Shown here: piece by piece, positions 58,251 to 64,000 of the stretch
Position numbering within the stretch: the first letter of the stretch is position 1
Layout of the letters: each line of letters starts with the position of its first letter
Origin: a virus
Lineage: Duplodnaviria > Caudoviricetes
Length of the DNA stretch: 64,000 nt
Virus record (IMG/VR): IMGVR_UViG_2900588628_000001
Span: 29,161-93,160 of that record
Strand: one strand, 5' to 3'
Notes under the pieces: generated by a model
Told to the model about the DNA's origin: nothing
The model's database searches: none
What the model saw: only the letters and a program-made list of their open reading frames with translations
Program-made: the position numbers and the translations under genes

Positions 58251-58596
58251 TTATCCAGAAAGGGTTTGCGGGGAGATAGAGCATAGTTTGCGGGACGTCA
58301 GAGCATACTCTGCGGGACGTCCTTTGAGGGATAGAGCATAGTCTGCGGGATAGAGCATAGTTTGCGGGATGCTCGCGAAAACAGCCCCGTAAACGCGCGC
58401 AACACTATGATTTATAACGATATTTACGCACTTATGGGGTATAGGTGTATCTATATTGAGCATAGTTTGCGGGATAAAGAGCATAGTTTGCGGGATGCCC
58501 GGTGCACCGCGAGCCCATAGAGCATAGTTTGCGGGATGAGCGCGGGAGATAGAGCATAGTCTGCGGGATGAGTCGCATAGAGCATAGTTTGCGGGA
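58251..58596 (+). repeat. plasmid replication origin: nine ~20-bp iterons, AT-rich gap, DnaA-like box
   Basis: ATAGAGCATAGT(T/C)TGCGGGA-type repeats at 58276, 58298, 58331, 58350, 58455, 58476, 58517, 58549, 58577; TTATCCAGA at 58251. Confidence 0.9.
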
Positions 58597-58604
58597 TAGC
58601 ACAA

Positions 58605-58648
58605 AGCATAGATACCACCTTGCCACTATGCTGTTAACCTACTACACT
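58605..58648 (+). promoter_or_regulatory. rep promoter with inverted half-iterons (autorepression site)
   Basis: TTGCCA-N17-TACACT; AGCATAG (58605) and CTATGCT (58626) flank the -35. Confidence 0.7.
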
Positions 58649-58675
58649 TCGCCCCATTGAATCGGGGAGAGGGGT

Positions 58676-59923
58676 ATGGGGAGAGTCAAACAGGCCGAAA
58701 AGATCAAGATCGACGTGATGCCCGCCGAGGTGCGTTCGGCCGAACTCGCCAAGCTGGATGAACGCGAGTTGCGCAAGCACGTCGCGGCCATTCACGTCAG
58801 CGGCAATCTTTCGCTCGTTGAACGCAAGATCGTGAATGTGCTGCTGCTGCACGCTTACGATGATCTGCTCACGAAGCGCGAGCACACAATCTCGGTCAGG
58901 TTCCTGTGTGAAGCCATCGGATGGGAAGCGAGCAACGATCACAAGAAACTCGCGCAGGCCGCCGAGAACATCATGCACAACATCGTCACGCTGAACATGT
59001 TCGCGGACGGCAAAGAGGATTGGAAGAAAACGCCGCTCGTCTCGTCTATCGGCGTGAAAGATGGCCGCGTGACCTACGCATATATCGAATGGCTCGCAGA
59101 GCGCTATGCGCACCCTGAGGTGTTCGCCGCCATCGACATTAAGATGCAGCGCCGGTTCAAAAGCCAGTATGCCCTTGCGCTTTACGAGAACTGCCTGCGC
59201 TATCGCAAGATCGGACAGACCCGGTATGCGCCCGTCGATACGTGGCGCGAACTGCTAGGCGCGACGGGCAAAATGTACGAGCAGTATCGGCACTTCTCGA
59301 ACTTCGTGCTGCAAAAGGCAATCAAGGAAGTCAACGCCGTATCGGATATCGACGTCGAATTGCGGTTCAAGAAAGAGGGCCGCACAGTCACCGAACTGCA
59401 ATTCGGCGTGACTGAAAAAGCCCAGGCGGAACTCCCGTTCGAGGTGGACCCGAAAGAGGCGATGCTGCGCGAGCAGTTGACGGCCATCGGCTTCGGTGAG
59501 TCGAGCATCAAGAGCATTCTCTCGAAAAACCTGCCGCGTGCCGCGCTCGCGATCAAGGTCACGCTGGAACGCGAGGCGGCCGGAAAAATCACCGGGTCGG
59601 CGTCGGGCTACTTCATGAGCGTGTTCGAAAGCGATTCGCCGCTTGACCTGCCTGAACGCACGCAAAAGAAAGCCCGCAAAGCGCCCGCGCTGCCGTCGGC
59701 CGATGAGGTCAAGGCGGATAAGCAGGCGGCCGTTACGCGGGGCGCGTGGGGCAAGCTGACGGACGCGGAGAAGGAGGCTTTGACGGTCGAGTTTGTCGAG
59801 AAGACGGGCGCAGAGACGCGCATCGCGGGCAAACACGAGTTCGCCAACATCGCGGAAAAGGCCTACTGGACCGGCTATCGCGGCAAGCGCGCCGCTGAAA
59901 TTATCGCGAGCCGCAAGGCGTAG
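58676..59923 (+). CDS. repA: Rep_3-family plasmid replication initiator
   Basis: LSLVERKIVNVLL...FKSQYALALYE...VLQKAIKEVN...KEGRTV; adjacent to iterons. Confidence 0.92.
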   Translation: MGRVKQAEKIKIDVMPAEVRSAELAKLDERELRKHVAAIHVSGNLSLVERKIVNVLLLHAYDDLLTKREHTISVRFLCEAIGWEASNDHKKLAQAAENIMHNIVTLNMFADGKEDWKKTPLVSSIGVKDGRVTYAYIEWLAERYAHPEVFAAIDIKMQRRFKSQYALALYENCLRYRKIGQTRYAPVDTWRELLGATGKMYEQYRHFSNFVLQKAIKEVNAVSDIDVELRFKKEGRTVTELQFGVTEKAQAELPFEVDPKEAMLREQLTAIGFGESSIKSILSKNLPRAALAIKVTLEREAAGKITGSASGYFMSVFESDSPLDLPERTQKKARKAPALPSADEVKADKQAAVTRGAWGKLTDAEKEALTVEFVEKTGAETRIAGKHEFANIAEKAYWTGYRGKRAAEIIASRKA

Positions 59924-59963
59924 TGAGAAGGGCCGCCGCGTCGCGCGCGCGGCGGCCGTGCCC

Positions 59964-60443
59964 TTAGTGGTGGGCGTAGGTGATGGACGCCATCAAGGCC
60001 GCGCATGCTGCGCTGCCGTCCGGCAGCGGCACCGGCTGCGCTGCCGCCTTGTCGGCCGACGAGCTTTCATCCGTTGCCGCCGTGCCCCAGTGCGACCAGC
60101 CGAACGCCCGCACGCCCGCCCACATGAGTTGACGTCTCCACCACGGCACCGCCGTATCGGCCGATGCCTCGCGCAATACCGCGTCAGCGACGTCTCGCGT
60201 GACGATATGCGTCGAATAGAGATAGTCGTGCACCGTCGCCGCCGCGCTCGACGTGTCGCCCGCGAGTTCGTAGACAACAGGCAGGCGCGGCACGCTCGCG
60301 AAGTTGGTCACGAAACCAGCGGGCACCGTGAACGTGCGACCAGCAACGTCAGACTCGAACACCAGCGACGCGATAAGCCGCCAGTTGCCGTCATCTTTAT
60401 CCGTCGCCGGTTCAACGCGCAGCGGGGTTTTAAACCCGCTCAT
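59964..60443 (-). CDS. DUF1353-family protein
   Basis: VPAGFVTNFASVPR...AATVHDYLY...ADAVL...WAGVR. Confidence 0.85.
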   Translation of the reverse strand: MSGFKTPLRVEPATDKDDGNWRLIASLVFESDVAGRTFTVPAGFVTNFASVPRLPVVYELAGDTSSAAATVHDYLYSTHIVTRDVADAVLREASADTAVPWWRRQLMWAGVRAFGWSHWGTAATDESSSADKAAAQPVPLPDGSAACAALMASITYAHH

Positions 60444-60976
60444 TGCGCATTCACCACGGCGAGCAGTAAGCCCGCCTGCAATCCGGTGATCGCGAGATTC
60501 GCGGCCGTCTTTGCATCGTCACTCAGGCGCGAGCCCTTCACGTATCTGAGCAGGTCGGGAATCTGCGAATCGGCGAAGCCTTTCACGGTCGCGAGGTCGA
60601 GTGTCGGCACAGGCGAACCATTCACCGGATGCGCTATCGCGGCGGCCACAGGGCATATCTTGCCGACCTGCGTCTGTACGCCGGTGAGAAACTTGAGCGC
60701 GTTCGGGTCCGTCTCCAATATCAGCATCGAATTGATGAACGGTTGCCCGACGGTGCAGTCCTTATCGACCGTGACCGCGAGCGCGGCGAGTTTTTGCGCG
60801 GGCGTGAGCGCGGCCGGTTTCGAATCGGCGGGCGCGGTGGCGTTCGCCTGCGCGCCGCTGCCGGTCGCGACGGCCGTTGTCGGCCCGCCCGTCGTGGCGG
60901 TCGCGCAGGCCGCCATCATGGCCGCGCCGCCCGCCCGCGCGCCGATCATCAAAATACGTCTGTACGATTTTTGCAT
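60440..60976 (-). CDS. putative lipoprotein in lysis cassette
   Basis: MQKSYRRILMIG...MMAA|C; weak signal peptide. Confidence 0.5.
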   Translation of the reverse strand: MQKSYRRILMIGARAGGAAMMAACATATTGGPTTAVATGSGAQANATAPADSKPAALTPAQKLAALAVTVDKDCTVGQPFINSMLILETDPNALKFLTGVQTQVGKICPVAAAIAHPVNGSPVPTLDLATVKGFADSQIPDLLRYVKGSRLSDDAKTAANLAITGLQAGLLLAVVNAQ

Positions 60977-61046
60977 TTGTGTACCTGTTGAGACGGTTAG
61001 AAAAGTAGGTGTAGGTGCAGCGGTTGAAAAAGCGGTCGCGCCGGGC

Positions 61047-61619
61047 TCAGTCGTGCCCTTCGCCTTCGAAGTGGTGAAGCGTTGTCGTGCTGGAGAACTG
61101 GTAACCCTCGCGGGCGTACCTGAGCGCGACCCAAACCGGGAAGGGCACGTCATGAATGCCCGTACCCTTGCCGGTGTGGAATGTCTTCGAGAGCAACAGG
61201 CCGTTGACCGTCATGTCATCCACGAACAGATAAGGGTCGCGTGGCGTGCGAAAGCGCACCTCATCGGCGAGCGGATGCGGCGCGGGGATCACGGTGACCT
61301 CTGCGCCCTCGAAAAACGTGTCCCAGTCGAATGCCTGGGCGTGCGGACCCCACGCGCCGCGCTTGCAGTCGGCCGCGAATCGCTCCCAGTCGATCATGTT
61401 CGCCATCGAGCGCTCGATGGGGTAGTGATGCGCTTCGAGCGGATGCCCGCTTTCTTCGGCCGTCGCGCCCGACACCCAACACCGGCCGCCCTCGCGCTCA
61501 ATGAGCAGCTTGCGCGAGTGCGCAAAGAGCGGCGTGGTAACGCGCGGCTCGTGACCGGGAATGTTGACCTCAAATTCCAGCGTTTCGCGCTGGACATGCA
61601 CCTCAGTTACCGCGCTCAT
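61047..61619 (-). CDS. HNH-like protein
   Basis: RCWVSG...LEAHH...NGLLLSKTFH...GIH. Confidence 0.55.
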   Translation of the reverse strand: MSAVTEVHVQRETLEFEVNIPGHEPRVTTPLFAHSRKLLIEREGGRCWVSGATAEESGHPLEAHHYPIERSMANMIDWERFAADCKRGAWGPHAQAFDWDTFFEGAEVTVIPAPHPLADEVRFRTPRDPYLFVDDMTVNGLLLSKTFHTGKGTGIHDVPFPVWVALRYAREGYQFSSTTTLHHFEGEGHD

Positions 61620-62251
61620 GCGATGACTTCCTTAGCCAGTTGCCACAGTCCGATGCGTGCCGCACCGCCGATATCGCCGCCGTTGATGACGGCCGTTGTC
61701 GCCTTGAAATTGCCGGTGTCGGCGATTTCGTTAAGGCCGTGCGCTTTCCAGAACCACGCTGCGCCGCGCGCGCCGTGCACCGGCTGCTCGAACAGTTCCG
61801 GGTGCGCGACGACGTCGATATTCAGGGCGGTTTTCGCGGCGATGTAGTTGGCTTTTCCAGTCAGTTGCAGCGGGCACCGGCCGCGATACAGAAAGCCCTC
61901 GCCGCTCGACTCGCTGCCGTTGCCGAGCCGGTTTGCATAGACGTAGTTGCCGATGGCCACAGGACGGCGCGCCAGCGTCTGAGCGAGCGCATTGGGCGCA
62001 CCGCCCCGCTTGCCGGTCACGCTGTAGCGGTCCCATGTGTTCGCCAGTCCCTGCGCGGAGTAATTCAGGTTCTCCGACATGCGCGAGAGGCTTGCTGACT
62101 CGTGCATGCACTGCGCAATGAACATTTCGATGCGCTGTTCCGTCGTGATGGCAAATTCAGCCATCGCGGCATTGAGCGCATCAACCCATACCGGCAGGTC
62201 GGCCGTCGAGCCCGGCGCGAGCCGTTTCAGTTCCGCGAGCGTGACCTGCAT
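61616..62251 (-). CDS. glycoside hydrolase family 19 endolysin
   Basis: FIAQCMHES...ENLNYS...YRGR.PLQLTG..NY...INGG; TAATG-coupled start at 62251. Confidence 0.92.
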   Translation of the reverse strand: MQVTLAELKRLAPGSTADLPVWVDALNAAMAEFAITTEQRIEMFIAQCMHESASLSRMSENLNYSAQGLANTWDRYSVTGKRGGAPNALAQTLARRPVAIGNYVYANRLGNGSESSGEGFLYRGRCPLQLTGKANYIAAKTALNIDVVAHPELFEQPVHGARGAAWFWKAHGLNEIADTGNFKATTAVINGGDIGGAARIGLWQLAKEVIA

Positions 62252-62676
62252 TACGCGCCCTCGCCGGGCGTGGTGCCGCTCATACGGCTCACCCATGCAA
62301 CGAAGCCGCTAACGGCCGGTTCGAGGATGCGCGAGCCGCTATAGCCGCCAAGCGTGATGAGCCCGGCCTGCACGACGGATTGCCAGTTGAAATACGAGCC
62401 AAGAAAGAAAATGCACAGCCCGACGACAATCGAGGTCAACAGGTCTTTCACAATTTCGAGCGCGACGCTCTTTACGACAGTCGCAGGGTCCGCGATCTTC
62501 TGCGCGGTGTACGCCGAGCCGCCGATGATCGCGAGCAGCACAGAGATACCGATTGCAGCGGCCGGAATGTCGCGCAGGTCGTGCGCGAACGTCACCTGAG
62601 CAGCGAGCGCGGCGGCCGACCAAAAGAGCAGCAGAAGCGCGTAAAAGAGTTGTTTCAGTTGCAGGCTTTGAGGCAT
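62251..62676 (-). CDS. holin-like membrane protein
   Basis: About 4 TM segments directly upstream of the endolysin. Confidence 0.65.
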   Translation of the reverse strand: MPQSLQLKQLFYALLLLFWSAAALAAQVTFAHDLRDIPAAAIGISVLLAIIGGSAYTAQKIADPATVVKSVALEIVKDLLTSIVVGLCIFFLGSYFNWQSVVQAGLITLGGYSGSRILEPAVSGFVAWVSRMSGTTPGEGA

Positions 62677-63086
62677 GTCGCGTCCTTCGAGCGTTGGTGT
62701 GCGTCAATCAGAGAAAAGGTCACGACGAGCAGGGCATGCCAGAGACACGCGACCGCGAGGCCCAACGATGCGAGCTTGAGCACTGCGATAAACAGCACGG
62801 CGACGTAACAGAACGCGAGGGAGGAAAAGCCGAAATGCCGGTGCGTTCGAAGCCACTCGAACTGCACCGGCAAGAGAGGTGTTTCGTTGATGATGACGTC
62901 GATAGTGCCCGCGACGCCGCAAATGAGCATGAGCCAGAGCAGGGTATAGCCCTCATCGCTGCCAGCGATTTGGGCGTACAGCGAGCGAGGCTCAAACATG
63001 CCGATGTACCACGTCAGAATCGCGATGCCACAGACGTACAGCCGGAACAGGGCACTTGCTACACACACTTGCGGGCGCGATTTCAT
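62655..63086 (-). CDS. second 4-TM membrane protein (holin/antiholin candidate)
   Basis: Four hydrophobic segments; in lysis cassette. Confidence 0.55.
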   Translation of the reverse strand: MKSRPQVCVASALFRLYVCGIAILTWYIGMFEPRSLYAQIAGSDEGYTLLWLMLICGVAGTIDVIINETPLLPVQFEWLRTHRHFGFSSLAFCYVAVLFIAVLKLASLGLAVACLWHALLVVTFSLIDAHQRSKDATCLKACN

Positions 63087-63109
63087 CGTGCGTCGCCTTA
63101 TCGGGTTGG

Positions 63110-63286
63110 TTAGAAAAGGCGAGAACGTCTCGCCGCTAACGCCTTTCCGAGGTTGCCAATTGCGCGCACGATGTTGTCTAGCCGCTCACATATCGCAAGG
63201 AACATGGTCCCTTGCGATTCGCGGGCCTTTTTCCAGTCTTTAAACGCGTCCGACTCAAAAATTACCTTGTGATCTGAGCGGCGCAT
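63110..63286 (-). CDS. small hypothetical protein
   Basis: GAGGAAG RBS before ATG 63286; the reading frame extends further upstream. Confidence 0.5.
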   Translation of the reverse strand: MRRSDHKVIFESDAFKDWKKARESQGTMFLAICERLDNIVRAIGNLGKALAARRSRLF

Positions 63287-63315
63287 TGCGCAGGCTTCCT
63301 CATAGGACCGCCCAA

Positions 63316-63357
63316 AGTTTAAGAACAGATTTGCGATGTGCTCGTTAAGATTTTCCA
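63316..63357 (-). promoter_or_regulatory. putative late promoter (lysis cassette)
   Basis: TGGAAAAT-N28-TAAACT on - strand (more divergent copy). Confidence 0.5.
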
Positions 63358-64000
63358 GCGACCGCAAGCGCAAGCTGACCGATGCAGGAACGAACGAGAA
63401 ATCGCGCCGCAGGCGTCACCGCCTGCGCTCCGTTCGGTTGTTCAAGCGGCATCACAATGACGCCCTCGCTATCGAACCAGAGCCGGAAAAACTGCCGGTC
63501 TTTGTCCATCGCGACGCGGTATTGCGCATAGAGCAGGTCGAACGTCGAGCCGGGCATACCGGCCATGATCGGCATGCGCTTGGCGAGCCATTTGATATAG
63601 CCGTCCTGATCGGCGGCGGCATCCGGCATCTTCTCGATATCGATTGCGCGCAACAGTTGTGCGGACATAGCGCCGACAAGCCAGTGCATGAGGCCGGAGA
63701 GCGTCAGCGAATTGCCGTTCTTTACATACGTGATCGAGCCCTGCAGCGCTTCGATCGCTTCGGCCATCGCGCCGGTGAGCGGGTAGAGCGTCCATTCGTC
63801 ACTCGCCTCAACGAACGTCGTGCGCGCGGTCGGCTCGCGGCCCAGTTCGAGATAGTCGGAAATGGTCGATTGGTCCGTGACCGCGTAATTGGGCCGGTCC
63901 TCGCGCGAATGCACGTTGTAATGCACGAGCGCGAGCAGGCGCTCAGACACGGTCCACGCGCGTGGGTCCGCGACGTGATTGGCCGTCGGCACGCCCGCCG
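63345..64000 (-). CDS. 5'-truncated morphogenetic protein (possible tail/baseplate assembly factor)
   Basis: Open frame runs off the window end; late-strand context; function not assignable. Confidence 0.5.
   Translation of the reverse strand, partial: AGVPTANHVADPRAWTVSERLLALVHYNVHSREDRPNYAVTDQSTISDYLELGREPTARTTFVEASDEWTLYPLTGAMAEAIEALQGSITYVKNGNSLTLSGLMHWLVGAMSAQLLRAIDIEKMPDAAADQDGYIKWLAKRMPIMAGMPGSTFDLLYAQYRVAMDKDRQFFRLWFDSEGVIVMPLEQPNGAQAVTPAARFLVRSCIGQLALAVAGKS

Noticed and set aside
58276-58596. CRISPR array
   Set aside because: Repeats are ~20 bp with irregular 0-85 bp gaps, lie beside a Rep_3 gene, and no cas genes are present; these are iterons.
59793-61847. 684-aa + strand ORF and similar long antisense ORFs (e.g. 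50171..51556, 51079..52323, 26420..27598, 33605..34717)
   Set aside because: They overlap well-supported genes on the opposite strand; expected in high-GC DNA; no recognisable motifs.
63110-63373. Programmed frameshift (tail chaperone G/GT-type) at GGA AAA near 63350
   Set aside because: The downstream frame is +1/-2 rather than -1, it has its own RBS and ATG (63286), the GGAAAA also fits the late-promoter motif, and no tape-measure gene follows. Not excluded, but unsupported.

Overview
The whole window (GC-rich, probably a Burkholderiaceae host) reads as an internal segment of a large temperate phage-plasmid. Its virion genes are P1-like contractile-tail genes on the - strand: baseplate, prohead protease, tail fibre, PacB-like terminase and GH19 lysis cassette. 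These are combined with a lambdoid Cro/CI switch, an O-like lytic replication initiator, ERF/exonuclease/RdgC recombination genes, and a plasmid replicon (ParA, two RHH proteins, nine ~20-bp iterons, Rep_3 initiator). No integrase, capsid, portal or sheath gene is visible here. Reading the non-coding DNA gave five main signals. (1) An ~760-nt, promoter-driven array of interlocking tRNA-like/structured RNA modules at 32.45-33.21 kb. (2) A 28-bp XerC/D dif-like site at 24142-24169, with hand-spotted KOPS octamers converging on it, plus an RdgC-FtsK-gamma fusion. (3) A five-copy late-promoter motif, GGAAAA(C/T)-N28-(-10 box). (4) A dispersed 14-bp palindromic operator, ATAGACATGTCTAT. (5) An 18-bp palindrome family near parA. 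The accessory region also encodes a stand-alone CapW-like wHTH, several small proteins with beta-clamp-like motifs, macrodomain and dUTPase fusions, and a collagen-fibre cassette. All family assignments come from motif recognition by eye; no searches were run.
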